Source: Rhodospirillales bacterium
GTDB taxonomy: Bacteria > Acidobacteriota > Terriglobia > Bryobacterales > Bryobacteraceae
Direction: 5' to 3'
NCBI GenBank assembly: GCA_050261015.1
Contig: JBLNCW010000003.1
Coordinates: 12,295-76,294, forward strand
Length of the DNA: 64,000 nucleotides
Shown: positions 53,092 through 62,884 of the stretch, piece after piece
How positions within the stretch are numbered: position 1 is the first letter of the stretch
Layout of the letters: every line of letters starts with the position of its first letter
Notes under the pieces: generated by a model
Database searches by the model: none
The model's input: only the letters and a program-made list of their open reading frames with translations
Told to the model about the DNA's origin: nothing
Made by a program: the position numbers and the translations under genes

Positions 53092-54368
53092 CCCACATTC
53101 CCCTTTCCGTACAGCACCACCCCTCTTTTCATCGTCATCACTACCAGGTTCACCCCGAAATGATACGGGACTTCGCGGTAGTCCGGAACGTCGAACATCA
53201 CCAGGTCGGCCTCCTTGCCCGTCTCGATGGAGCCCGTGCGGTTGCCGCAGCGCAGCGCGTGGGCGCCGTTGATCGTGGCCGCACAGAAAGCCTCGGCCGG
53301 CGTCATCCGCATCTGCGAGCAGGCCAGCGAGAGGATCATCTGCATGTTGTACGTGGGGCTGGTGCCGGGATTGTAATCGGTTGCCAGCGCGACGGCCGCG
53401 CCCGCTCTGATCAGTTTGCGGGCCGGCGGGTAGCAGTCCAGCCCGAGGTGAAAGACGGCGCCCGGCAGCAGCGTGGCGATGGTATCGGAGGCGGCGAGCG
53501 CGCGCGCGTCGTCGTCGTTGATGTGATCGAGGTGGTCCGCGCTGGCCGCGCCCATCTCGACAGCCAGCATCGCCGCGCCTGTGCGCGAGAACTGCTCGGC
53601 ATGCACCTTCAGGCGGAATCCGAAGTCCTTTGCCGCCGACAAATAGCGGCGCGCCTGCTCGATGGTGAACCCGTCCTCGTCGCAGTAAATATCGACGAAC
53701 CGGGCCAGTTTTCGCCGCTTGAGTTTCGGCATGATGGACCGGCACATCCAGTCAATGTAATCGTCGGCCCGGCCGGTGTATTCCGGCGGCACGGCGTGAG
53801 CGCCCAGGTAAGTGGGGACCAGCTCGATGGGATCGTCCTGAAGCGCCTGGACCGCCCTCAGGGCCTTCCGCTCGCCTTTCTCGTCGAGTCCGTAGCCCGA
53901 TTTCGCCTCCAGCGTTGTCGTCCCGTGCGCGACGCAGCCGGCCAGCGTCTTTCGGGCCTGCAGCACTAGCCGCCGGATCGGCATTTCGCGCACCGCGCGG
54001 ACGCTGGCGAGAATGCCGCCGCCGGCCGCCGCGATCTCGCGATAAATAGCTCCGGCGAGCCTCATTTCGTAATCCACGAGCCGCGCCGGACCGCAAACCA
54101 AGTGCGTATGGCTGTCCACAAAACCCGGCGCCACGACGCGTCCGGTCGCGTCGATCTCACGGGCATGCCGGGCCAGAGAAAGATTCTCCACGCGCCTGCT
54201 CGGCCCCAGCGAGACAATCTTGCCGCCCCGGATCAGCACCGCGCCATCCGGGACGATCCCGAGATCCTGCATGGCTTCGCCGCGCCGCGGGCCGCGCGGA
54301 CCGCGCATTGTTAGTAACTGCCTGGCGCCGCGCACCAGGACCAGGGCATCGCTTGAGGATTCAGCCAT
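53076..54368 (-). CDS. hutI: imidazolonepropionase
   Basis: GFVDSHTHLV is the metal-binding HxH motif. ...VHAEQFS..., ...SADHL... and ...ALATDYNPG... form the amidohydrolase pattern typical of HutI. It is adjacent to hutU. Confidence 0.9.
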   Translation of the reverse strand: MAESSSDALVLVRGARQLLTMRGPRGPRRGEAMQDLGIVPDGAVLIRGGKIVSLGPSRRVENLSLARHAREIDATGRVVAPGFVDSHTHLVCGPARLVDYEMRLAGAIYREIAAAGGGILASVRAVREMPIRRLVLQARKTLAGCVAHGTTTLEAKSGYGLDEKGERKALRAVQALQDDPIELVPTYLGAHAVPPEYTGRADDYIDWMCRSIMPKLKRRKLARFVDIYCDEDGFTIEQARRYLSAAKDFGFRLKVHAEQFSRTGAAMLAVEMGAASADHLDHINDDDARALAASDTIATLLPGAVFHLGLDCYPPARKLIRAGAAVALATDYNPGTSPTYNMQMILSLACSQMRMTPAEAFCAATINGAHALRCGNRTGSIETGKEADLVMFDVPDYREVPYHFGVNLVVMTMKRGVVLYGKGNVGWDEN

Positions 54369-54404
54369 CTGAAAAAGATTAGTGTACCGGCCGGCTGATT
54401 TGCA

Positions 54405-56048
54405 TCAGGGCATAGGAGCTTTTATGCCCGCGCGCTCAGCGAACCGCACGGCCTCTTCGTAACCGGCGTCCACGTGGCGCAGCACTCCGATGCCGGGGTC
54501 GCAGGTCATCACCCGTTCCAGGCAGCGGGCGCCGGACTCGCTGCCCTCGGCCACCGTCACCTGTCCCGCATGCATCGAGTAGCCGATGCCCACGCCTCCG
54601 CCATTATGGAACGAAACCCAGCTTGCGCCCGCGGCGGTGTTTAAAAGCGCGTTCAAAACCGGCCAGTCCGCGATGGCGTCGCTGCCATCGCGCATCCCTT
54701 CCGTTTCCCGATAGGGTGAGGCCACCGAACCGCAGTCCAGATGGTCGCGACCGATCACGATGGGGGCCTTCAATTCGCCCGATGCCACCATGCGGTTGAT
54801 CTCGAGCGCGAAGCGCGCGCGCTCGCCGTACCCAAGCCAGCAGATGCGCGCCGGCAGCCCCTGAAAGCGGACGTGCTTTCGCGCCAGCCGGATCCAGCGC
54901 GCCAGCGCCTCATTGCCGGGGAACAGGCGGCACACCAGCTCGTCGGTGGCCGCGATATCGGAAGCTTCTCCCGAGAGCGCCACCCAGCGGAACGGCCCGC
55001 GCCCTTCGCAGAACATCGGCCGGATGTACTCGGGCACAAAGCCAGGGATCGTGAAGGCGTCCGACACGCCGCGGTCGGCCGCCATCCGCCGTATGTTGTT
55101 GCCGTAGTCGAACGCGACCGCTCCAAGGCGCTTGAGCTCCAGCATCGCGCGCACGTGCGTGGCGATGGAATCGAGCGCGCGGTCGACGTATTCGTCCGGG
55201 TTAGCCGCGCGCAGCTCCGCCGCCTGGGCGAGCGTCAAACCGGCCGGGATATATCCGTTGAGCGGGTCGTGGGCGCTTGTCTGGTCGGTCAGCAGGTCGG
55301 GAACGACGCCGCGGCGCACCAGTTCCGGCAGCACTTCGGCGCAATTGCCCACCAGTCCCACCGAGACGGCGGTCTTTTCGTGAACGGCGTTGCGCAGGAT
55401 CCGGAGCGCCTCGTCCAGAGTGCTGACCATGATGTCGCAGTAGCCCGTCCTCAACCGCCGCTTGATGCGCTCGGGATCCACTTCGATGCAGAGGAGCGCC
55501 GCGCCGTTCATCGTCGCCGCCAGCGGCTGCGCCCCGCCCATGCCGCCCATCCCGCCCGTCACCACCAGCTTTCCGGCCAGCGTTCCTCCGAAATGTTTGC
55601 GCGCCGCCGCCGCGAAGGTTTCGTAAGTGCCTTGCAGAATACCCTGAGTGCCGATGTAAATCCAGCTTCCCGCCGTCATCTGGCCGTACATGATCAGGCC
55701 GAGCTTTTCGAGCGCGCGGAACTGCTCCCAGTTCGACCAGCGCCCCACGAGGTTGGAGTTGGCGATCAGCACCCGCGGCGCTCCCTCGTGAGTGCGGAAT
55801 ACGCCCACCGGCTTGCCGGACTGCACCAGCAGGGTCTCGTCGTTTTCCAGCCGCTCGAGCTCCCGCACGATGGCGTGGAACGACGGCCAGTCCCGGGCGG
55901 CTTTGCCCTCCCCTCCGTACACCACCAAGTCCTGCGGCCGTTCGGCAACCGCGGGATCGAGGTTATTCATCAACATCCGCAGCGCCGCTTCCTGACGCCA
56001 ACCCTTCGCGCGCAAGGACGCCCCGCGCGGAGCGCGAATGGTTTGCAT
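54405..56048 (-). CDS. hutU: urocanate hydratase
   Basis: 547 aa. Motifs are ...[34 protein letters not shown]..., ...[13 protein letters not shown]... and ...GGGVGIG.S.HAG... Confidence 0.95.
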   Translation of the reverse strand: MQTIRAPRGASLRAKGWRQEAALRMLMNNLDPAVAERPQDLVVYGGEGKAARDWPSFHAIVRELERLENDETLLVQSGKPVGVFRTHEGAPRVLIANSNLVGRWSNWEQFRALEKLGLIMYGQMTAGSWIYIGTQGILQGTYETFAAAARKHFGGTLAGKLVVTGGMGGMGGAQPLAATMNGAALLCIEVDPERIKRRLRTGYCDIMVSTLDEALRILRNAVHEKTAVSVGLVGNCAEVLPELVRRGVVPDLLTDQTSAHDPLNGYIPAGLTLAQAAELRAANPDEYVDRALDSIATHVRAMLELKRLGAVAFDYGNNIRRMAADRGVSDAFTIPGFVPEYIRPMFCEGRGPFRWVALSGEASDIAATDELVCRLFPGNEALARWIRLARKHVRFQGLPARICWLGYGERARFALEINRMVASGELKAPIVIGRDHLDCGSVASPYRETEGMRDGSDAIADWPVLNALLNTAAGASWVSFHNGGGVGIGYSMHAGQVTVAEGSESGARCLERVMTCDPGIGVLRHVDAGYEEAVRFAERAGIKAPMP

Positions 56049-56094
56049 GCCTCCACTCTATAACAGACGGTTGCAGGTCGATCGCGGGGGGACG

Positions 56095-57237
56095 TTACAG
56101 CGCGTAGCAGGGCTGAAGCGGGCCGGCTGCGCCCAGATTGAGAACTCGCAGGATCTCCGAATAGAATTCCAGCGCGACCGCCGATTCGGTGCGCTCCGGA
56201 CCGGCCGCTTTTTCCAGAATGGCGGTGGACAGCTCCAGCAGTTTATTCGCTTCCGTGAAGCGCGCCTGCTCGCGGTACGTTCGGGCAAGCGCGTGCAGGT
56301 TGGAGACGATATCCGGGTGGTTCGGGCCGAGCGTCTTCCTGAGCATCTCCAGTGCGTAGGCGAACAGGGATTCCGCCTCGGCGTACTTATGCTGCGCGCT
56401 GTAAACCTCTCCCAGGCGCTTCAGATCCGCGGCCAGGCTGGGGTCGTCCCGCCCCACGATGCGCTGCTTGATGGCCAGCGCGCGCTTCAGCACCGGCTCG
56501 GCCTCGTTGTAGCGGCCGCCGCTCATATAGAACTCGCCCAGGTGGCCGAGCGTGACCGCGGTGCTCCAGTCGTCCGGCCCGAGCGCCGCCTCCTTGATGC
56601 TCAACGAACGCCGGAACGCGAAGAGGGCCGCGGAGCGGCGGTTCAGCGCCATGTACACCTCCCCGAGGCCGTCCAGAACCAGCGCGACGTCCGGATGGTT
56701 CTTCCCCAACGCGGCCTCGGTGATCCTCAGGGCGCGTTCGTATTCGACCGCGGCGTCGTCATAGCGATATTGAAACTTGTACGCATTGGCCAGGTTGAAA
56801 TGCGCCTGGCCGAGTTCGGCATCGTTCTGGCCGGGCGCGTTCTGGTAAATGGCGATCGCTTTTCTCAGCGCGCGCTCGGCGCCGCCGAAGTTGCCGTGGT
56901 TGCAATGGAGCACGCCCATGGCATTGAGACTTTTCGCCAGCCGGGGATCGCGGCGGCCCGCCTCGCCGGCCTCTTCAACCGCCTTGGCGACATACCTCAG
57001 GCAGGCGTCTCTGTCGCCCAGATAGAACAACCCCTCCGCAAGGTGCATGTAAAACTGCCAGGACGCTTCCTGGGATTCGAGCTCATAGGCCGAGTGCGGG
57101 GGAAGATCAGCCTCGACGGGCTGGACCTCGACCGTATGACGCACGTTCGCTCCGCGTTTCATGGGTGTCCTCAAAATCTGGTGCTTTGCCAGTATATTCA
57201 AGTGACTGAACGAGATACCACTCCCGCGAAATGACAA
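56095..57237 (-). CDS. tetratricopeptide (TPR_12-type) repeat protein
   Basis: About seven tandem 42-aa repeats of the pattern A..L..LG.VY...G.Y.EAE.L..RAL.I.E..LG..HP.VA. An alternative start gives MKRGANVRH. Confidence 0.75.
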   Translation of the reverse strand: MSFRGSGISFSHLNILAKHQILRTPMKRGANVRHTVEVQPVEADLPPHSAYELESQEASWQFYMHLAEGLFYLGDRDACLRYVAKAVEEAGEAGRRDPRLAKSLNAMGVLHCNHGNFGGAERALRKAIAIYQNAPGQNDAELGQAHFNLANAYKFQYRYDDAAVEYERALRITEAALGKNHPDVALVLDGLGEVYMALNRRSAALFAFRRSLSIKEAALGPDDWSTAVTLGHLGEFYMSGGRYNEAEPVLKRALAIKQRIVGRDDPSLAADLKRLGEVYSAQHKYAEAESLFAYALEMLRKTLGPNHPDIVSNLHALARTYREQARFTEANKLLELSTAILEKAAGPERTESAVALEFYSEILRVLNLGAAGPLQPCYAL

Positions 57238-57346
57238 TTTGCGTGGTCTGGGGTGGGTATTACTCCCGGTACTATTAGAACTGACACCCGGGGGAGTGGA
57301 TTACTCCCACCCTTCCCCGCCGCCGCCTGCCGCATCCGGTACTGTC

Positions 57347-59950
57347 TTAGCGTTCCGGATCGAGCGGCTCGCGCACCTTGGCCGGATCGAACAGGCGCGG
57401 ATTGATGGAAATGGCCTGATAGGGAGTGAAATCCGGCTCGCCGGTAAAGCAGTCGCTCAGATCCGAGGCGGCGGCGTCGAACAGGTTCAAGGGCGGCACG
57501 CCGAGCAGCCGGAAGATGGTCTTGAGGAGTCCGGGGAAGCTCGCGTTAACGTGCGACACATAGTTCTTGCGCGCGTAAGGGCCGGCCACGAGCAGCAGGG
57601 TGCGGTGTGCATCCACGTGGTCGACCCAGCCCCGCGCGCCGGCCTCGGTGACGAATATCGCCATCTCCGGCCACCACTTGGTGTTTGAGAGGTACTCGAC
57701 GATGCGGCCCAGCGCGTAGTCGTTATCCGCCATGTAGGAAGCCTGATACGGGTAGCCGTTCTCCGGACGGGCGGGCGCTAGGTGGTCCTGCGGCAGGTTT
57801 ATGTAGATGAATCGCGGCAAGGGCTCACCGCCCTTCACGTATTTGCTTTCGATCTCGGCGATGAATTGCGATGCCCGGAACTGATCCGGGATGTTCAGGT
57901 TGAACTGCGGATAATCGCGCGAGGTGTTTTGGTAGAGCGGGCCGGGCATTGGCACGTTGGTGAGGAAGCGCGCGCCGGTGGGCTTCAAACCTTCTCCCTG
58001 GTCCACGCCGGCCAGTTCGAAGCCTTCGCCGTAGTTGCGGAAGCTGATTTCGTGGCGCTCGAAATGGTGCCAGATGGCGCCGGCTTCCGGCAGCTCCTCA
58101 AGGTGTACTGAGGAACTGCCCTGGGGAAAGCTCAGCCGCCCGGGCGCGGTGGTTGAAAGCCGGAAGTCCTTCTGGCCGCCCAAAGCCGCCATCGCCGAGC
58201 TGACAGTCCAGGCGTTGGGATAGGCGCCGGCGAGCCAGTGGTGACCGCTCGCGTTCCCCTCCGAGCCGGCATAGAAGTTGTCGCTGAACGCCCACAGCTC
58301 CGCCATACGGTGGTGGTTCGGGGTAATGTTGACCGCCATCATGATGGGCCGCTGCCGCAGCCCCCTGCGCTCCGAAGCGACGTTAGCGTGGCGGCCAAAG
58401 CGCGCCAGCGTGGGTTCGGCGTTCACCGGACCGTTCGAAGCCGTTTCGACGTCGCCGAAGACCTCGTCAAACGTGCGGTTCTGCTTCACGATGAGGACCA
58501 CGTGGCGGATTGCCTCCGGCAGCGTGGCGGGAGGTTTCTCCTGCGGGCGGAAGCCGTTGTTCTCCAGCACCTGCTCGGTCAGCTTGTCGAACTCGCCGGC
58601 GGCGCGCAGGGGGAAGATGGTAACGCTGCCGCGGGGGAGCAGGCCTGCGGAAGCATCGCGCGGTATGGAGCGCGCGTGATTGGGCCCGGTGCCGTTTCCT
58701 TTCGCGTTGGCCACGTACACGATCCCGCGGTCCTCGACAACCCGGGTCGGGAACCAGCCCACCGGGGCGTGGCCCAGCACCCGCAGATTCCGCGCGTCGA
58801 TGACGGCGACGGCATTGATGCCCGCCTCGGCCACCAGCACCCAGTTCATTTCGGGCACGTACGCCACCCCTATGGGAAGCACACCACGCAGGTTTTCCAG
58901 GCCCGGGATCCGGATGGGTATCTCGGCGCGGACCCGGTTCGTGCCGGGATCGATCACGGTGACCGAATCATTATGGGCGTTCGAGACGAACACGGCGTCC
59001 CGCGCGGCGGCGATACCGGACGGACTGCTGCCGCCCAGGCTGCCGTGGCCGAACGGCCGTCCCGTACGGACGAATGCTTCCAGCCGCGGCTTCTCCGGGT
59101 CGCTGAGGTCCACGACAGCCACGGAATTCGACTCCGGCGCATTAGGGTCGCCGAGGCCCGGGACATCCACCGGCCCCCGCGCAGTCTCGCGCCTTACCCC
59201 CGCCGAGGCCTCCGCGGAAGGAAATCCGAAAGCGGGAAAGGGCAATCCGGTTTCGCGCGCCTGGTTCGGGTCGGCGCCCGGGATGGGCCGGTACTGAAAC
59301 ATGCCCAGGTTCGTGATGTAGGCCTTGCGTTTGTCCGGAGAGAGCGCGATGGCAAACGGCAGCCGGCCGGTCCGCAGCGACGCGATCACCCGGCGTCTCC
59401 GGGTATCGATCGCGGCCATGCGGAAATTCGCCTGGTCGAGCACGTAAAGGATGTCGCGCTCGCGGTCGAAGGCGAGATCACCCGTGTAGCTGTCCTGGAA
59501 GCCGTCCACGTTGAGGTCGTAAACGCGCTTTGTCGCGTTGTTGGACGGGTCGATCAGCCGCACGCGGCCCGAGTTTCCTTCCGAAACGAACAGCGAGCGC
59601 TCGCCTTCGAAGGCCAGGCCCATGAACACGCTGCTCCAGCCGTTGCCGTCAGCGCCCTCTCCTACCGGCGCGTCTTTGACCCACCAGTACATCTTGTCGC
59701 GGCGCAAAACGGTAAGCGAACACTGCGGGCCGCCGTTTGCGGAAATCACCAGGTTGCCGCTCGGGCTGATGGCGAGTCCGAACGGGGCCGGTCCGGTGGC
59801 GTAAGAGCGCCCCAGCGGCGTGATCAGCCTGCCGCCGGGCAGAATGCTTTCGGCGCCGGGACGGGGCAACGCGGGACGCGTCCCGGCGGGCGCGGCATAA
59901 TCCGCCGCCGCCAGAACGCTTGATATTAAAAGAAATAGAAGGAAGCGCAT
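57347..59950 (-). CDS. fusion: YVTN/YncE-like beta-propeller + phosphoesterase (PLC/AcpA family)
   Basis: Signal peptide MRFLLFLLISSVLAAA. The N-terminal half has repeated propeller-blade motifs (..P.G.A.SPDG..LYV.N...N.V.VID). The C-terminal half has the phosphoesterase hallmark VVLIVKQNRTFDEVFG and ...TEAGARGWVDHVDAHR... Confidence 0.75.
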   Translation of the reverse strand: MRFLLFLLISSVLAAADYAAPAGTRPALPRPGAESILPGGRLITPLGRSYATGPAPFGLAISPSGNLVISANGGPQCSLTVLRRDKMYWWVKDAPVGEGADGNGWSSVFMGLAFEGERSLFVSEGNSGRVRLIDPSNNATKRVYDLNVDGFQDSYTGDLAFDRERDILYVLDQANFRMAAIDTRRRRVIASLRTGRLPFAIALSPDKRKAYITNLGMFQYRPIPGADPNQARETGLPFPAFGFPSAEASAGVRRETARGPVDVPGLGDPNAPESNSVAVVDLSDPEKPRLEAFVRTGRPFGHGSLGGSSPSGIAAARDAVFVSNAHNDSVTVIDPGTNRVRAEIPIRIPGLENLRGVLPIGVAYVPEMNWVLVAEAGINAVAVIDARNLRVLGHAPVGWFPTRVVEDRGIVYVANAKGNGTGPNHARSIPRDASAGLLPRGSVTIFPLRAAGEFDKLTEQVLENNGFRPQEKPPATLPEAIRHVVLIVKQNRTFDEVFGDVETASNGPVNAEPTLARFGRHANVASERRGLRQRPIMMAVNITPNHHRMAELWAFSDNFYAGSEGNASGHHWLAGAYPNAWTVSSAMAALGGQKDFRLSTTAPGRLSFPQGSSSVHLEELPEAGAIWHHFERHEISFRNYGEGFELAGVDQGEGLKPTGARFLTNVPMPGPLYQNTSRDYPQFNLNIPDQFRASQFIAEIESKYVKGGEPLPRFIYINLPQDHLAPARPENGYPYQASYMADNDYALGRIVEYLSNTKWWPEMAIFVTEAGARGWVDHVDAHRTLLLVAGPYARKNYVSHVNASFPGLLKTIFRLLGVPPLNLFDAAASDLSDCFTGEPDFTPYQAISINPRLFDPAKVREPLDPER

Positions 59951-60014
59951 GAATCAACACTGCCCGCCGGCAGCCATTTCAGTGTATGCCAAACGGCGGA
60001 AACGGACGCCGCGG

Positions 60015-60992
60015 CTATTTCGGCGGCTGGCTGGCCAGTTGCACCAGCGCCTCCAGAACCCGGACGCGCTGGGTATCATCCACAATGAGATACCGGTGCT
60101 TCCCGCCGGGGCTTTCCGCGAAGAGGGTGCGGCCCTTCTCGTCGGTGGAAATCTGTCCGGGCGGCGACAAGGAGAAGTAGCCGCGGTCCGGGCGAACGGC
60201 GTAGAGTGCGGCGGTCAGGTCCCAGGTTTGGCGGTCATAAGGCATCTTCTTATAGGCCCGGTAGGCGTCCACCACCGGATGGTTCTCGACGTACCGGTAA
60301 TCGCGCTCGATGCTGACGGCCGGGTACAGAATCGCATTGCCGATTTCTAACCCGCTCGCCACGATCGGTGTCGGCCACTCGGCGAACACCTTTTGCGATG
60401 CGGGCAGATCGGTTTTCACGTTGTACTCCGCGACGCCGGTAGGAAACGCGCCTGCCATCACCACCAACAGCTTCACCTTGCGCGCGATCAGGTCGCGATC
60501 GGAATCGAGCAGCCGCGCCATGTTGGTGAAGAAGCCCACCTGGACGATGGTGACCGAGTTGTCCGGCTGCGATTCCAGGACCCGGCGCAGCACGGTGGAG
60601 GCATCCGGCGCCGTGCGGCCATCCTCCAGCCGCCGCGGGTACACGGGCGTACCATCGGCCCGCTTCCGCTCGCAGGGGACGCGGATCATTGCGCTATCCT
60701 CGGGCGTCTTGCCGTTCTTCACGACGCCGATCGGGATTTCCGGGCGGCCGTAAAACGTGTTGACCAGATCGACGTAGGTCGCGGCGTAGCGGTTGTCCTT
60801 GGTGAGGGTGACGGCAAGCAGTTTGGCCTCGCCGCGGCTTTCAAACGCGTGCAGGACGGCGAGCGCCAGCGCATCGTCCACGTCGTTGCCCATGTCCGTG
60901 TCGAAGATGATGGGTACCGGCTGGGCGTGTGCCGCGCACATTGCGGCAAGAAGCATGAACAGGGCTAGCAATCTGTGTTTCACAGGCTGCAT
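60015..60992 (-). CDS. nucleoside hydrolase (IU-NH family), secreted
   Basis: A signal peptide is followed by the Asp-cluster fingerprint IIFDTDMGNDVDDALAL. Confidence 0.85.
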   Translation of the reverse strand: MQPVKHRLLALFMLLAAMCAAHAQPVPIIFDTDMGNDVDDALALAVLHAFESRGEAKLLAVTLTKDNRYAATYVDLVNTFYGRPEIPIGVVKNGKTPEDSAMIRVPCERKRADGTPVYPRRLEDGRTAPDASTVLRRVLESQPDNSVTIVQVGFFTNMARLLDSDRDLIARKVKLLVVMAGAFPTGVAEYNVKTDLPASQKVFAEWPTPIVASGLEIGNAILYPAVSIERDYRYVENHPVVDAYRAYKKMPYDRQTWDLTAALYAVRPDRGYFSLSPPGQISTDEKGRTLFAESPGGKHRYLIVDDTQRVRVLEALVQLASQPPK

Positions 60993-61019
60993 GGTATCAG
61001 ATGTGGCAGTCTAGGAGGT

Positions 61020-61568
61020 ATGCCTCTGGTTCGCCTGATTCTTGCGCTGGCCGCCGCCGCTCTCGCCGTCGCTCCGCTGGCTTGCAGGCGGCCGCAGCCG
61101 CGGGTCGAGCCGATCGAGGACGGCAACCAGCCCGCGTTGAGTTCGCTCCACGCGGCCAACCTCCGCGCCGCCACGCAGTTCCTCGCCGGCGTCCATGAAC
61201 TGGAAAACAACACCTATCGCTGGACGCAGCGCAGGTTTTCCGTGGTTCTTCAGCCGCCGGAGGGGGCCGCGCAGGCAGGGGCGCGGCTGGAGCTCCGGTT
61301 CGTACTGCCGGAGAGCGTCATCTCGCGCCGGAAGGCGGTCACGTTGTCGGCTGCTGTCGAAGGGCAGGCGCTCGAGCCGGAAACTTACACGGCGGAAGGC
61401 GAATATGTTTACCTCCGCGACGTGCCCGCTTCAGCGTTTGCCGAAGCCTCGGTAAAGGCCGATTTCGAGCTCGATAAATACCTGGCGGCCGGAGAGGTGG
61501 AAACGCGCGAGCTTGGGATCCTGTTCCTGAGCGCGTCCCTGCTGCCGCGCGGAAAACCGCGGCGCTAA
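61020..61568 (+). CDS. hypothetical lipoprotein
   Basis: AGGAGG is 1-2 nt upstream of ATG 61020. The lipobox-like signal is MPLVRLILALAAAALAVAPLAC. I recognise no family. It overlaps the convergent fabF-like stop by 4 nt. Confidence 0.55.
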   Translation: MPLVRLILALAAAALAVAPLACRRPQPRVEPIEDGNQPALSSLHAANLRAATQFLAGVHELENNTYRWTQRRFSVVLQPPEGAAQAGARLELRFVLPESVISRRKAVTLSAAVEGQALEPETYTAEGEYVYLRDVPASAFAEASVKADFELDKYLAAGEVETRELGILFLSASLLPRGKPRR

Positions 61569-62818
61569 GCCACCTTGCGCAACAGCAGCGCCGAATTCTT
61601 GCTCCCGAACGCGATGCAATTGCACAGGGCGTACTCTATGTCCGCGCGCCGTCCGATGTCGGTGACGTAGTCGAGGTCGCATTCCGGGTCGGGCACATCG
61701 AGATTGATGGTCGGCGGCAGCACACCATCGCGCATGGCCAGCAGCGTGGCCGCGACTCCCGCCGCTCCGCAAGCGCCCTGGGGGTGGCCGATCATGCTCT
61801 TGAGCGACGAGCCGGCCAGCTTCCGCGCGTGGCCGTCGAAGGCCAGGTGCGTGGCGCGGGTCTCGATCCGGTCATTCAGCTCGGTGGAGGTCCCGTGGTA
61901 GTTGATGTACTGCACGGCGTCGGGCGGGATGCCGCCTTCGCCGATGGCCAGGCGCATGGCGCGCGCCGGCTCCTCGCCGCACTCCTCCAGCCGCACGCGG
62001 TGGAACGCCTCGCACGTGGAGCCATACCCGGCGATCTCGCCATAGATCTTCGCGCCGCGGGCGCGGGCCCGCTCCATCTCCTCCAGGACGAAGAACCACG
62101 ACCCTTCGGCGATGACGAACCCGTCGCGGTCGCGGGAAAACGGGCGCGAGGCGCGCTCGGGCTGGTGGTTCCAGCGCGTGGTCATGATCCTCATGAGCAT
62201 GAACCCGCGCAGGATCAGCGGGGCGATGGGAGCGTCCACCCCTCCGGCCACAATGGTGTCCAGCACTCCGGCGCGGATATTCCGGTAGGCGTACCCGATG
62301 GCGTCGGTCGAGGAAGTGCAGCCGGTGGAGATCACGTGGCTGAGCCCGCGGAAGCCAAACCGCATGGAAACTTCCCCCGCCAGCGTCCCGATGGTGCCGG
62401 TGGGGATGACATAGACGCTGCACCGGCGTTCCTTGCCTTCGTAGTAGAGCCGGTACTGCTCCTCGGTGAATTCCTGGCTGCCCCCGCCGGAACCGACGAT
62501 CAGCCCGATGCCGCGGAGTTCGTCGCGAGACATGCCGCCGGGTTCCACCCCGGCATCGGCCAGGGCTTCCTCCACCGCCGCGATTGCCAGCGGCGCCACG
62601 CGGGAGACGTGCGGCCTGTCCTTGGGAGCGATGTACTTTTCCTCGCAGAATCCGACAACCTCTCCGGCCACCTGGACGGCGTAACGGGAAACGTCAAAGC
62701 GGGAGATGCGTCGAACCCCGCTGCGGCCGTTGCGGGTGGCTTCCCAGAACGCCTCTCTTCCGATGCCGTTAGGGCTTACGGCCCCGATTCCTGTTACAAC
62801 TACCTTGCGGCTCATCAA
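61565..62818 (-). CDS. fabF: beta-ketoacyl-[ACP] synthase II-like condensing enzyme
   Basis: RKVVVTGIGAVSPNGIG; active-site Cys in ISTGCTSSTDAIGYA; His residues in YINYHGTSTELND and KSMIGHPQGACG; and C-terminal NCIAFGSKNSALLL. It is standalone, with no other fab genes adjacent. Confidence 0.82.
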   Translation of the reverse strand: MMSRKVVVTGIGAVSPNGIGREAFWEATRNGRSGVRRISRFDVSRYAVQVAGEVVGFCEEKYIAPKDRPHVSRVAPLAIAAVEEALADAGVEPGGMSRDELRGIGLIVGSGGGSQEFTEEQYRLYYEGKERRCSVYVIPTGTIGTLAGEVSMRFGFRGLSHVISTGCTSSTDAIGYAYRNIRAGVLDTIVAGGVDAPIAPLILRGFMLMRIMTTRWNHQPERASRPFSRDRDGFVIAEGSWFFVLEEMERARARGAKIYGEIAGYGSTCEAFHRVRLEECGEEPARAMRLAIGEGGIPPDAVQYINYHGTSTELNDRIETRATHLAFDGHARKLAGSSLKSMIGHPQGACGAAGVAATLLAMRDGVLPPTINLDVPDPECDLDYVTDIGRRADIEYALCNCIAFGSKNSALLLRKVA

Positions 62819-62884
62819 GCCTCCGGATTATCTGTAACTGCGCGTATGTGGCGGCATGCGCTTGTGCTAGTATAGGCTCTTTTA

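Noticed and set aside
53092-53745. N-terminal 218 codons of the 688-aa track ORF containing ftcD.
   Set aside because: It lies inside hutI in another frame and is Arg/Gly/Pro-rich. The formiminotransferase N-terminus (KLIECVPNFSEGRD) begins just after GTG 53091.
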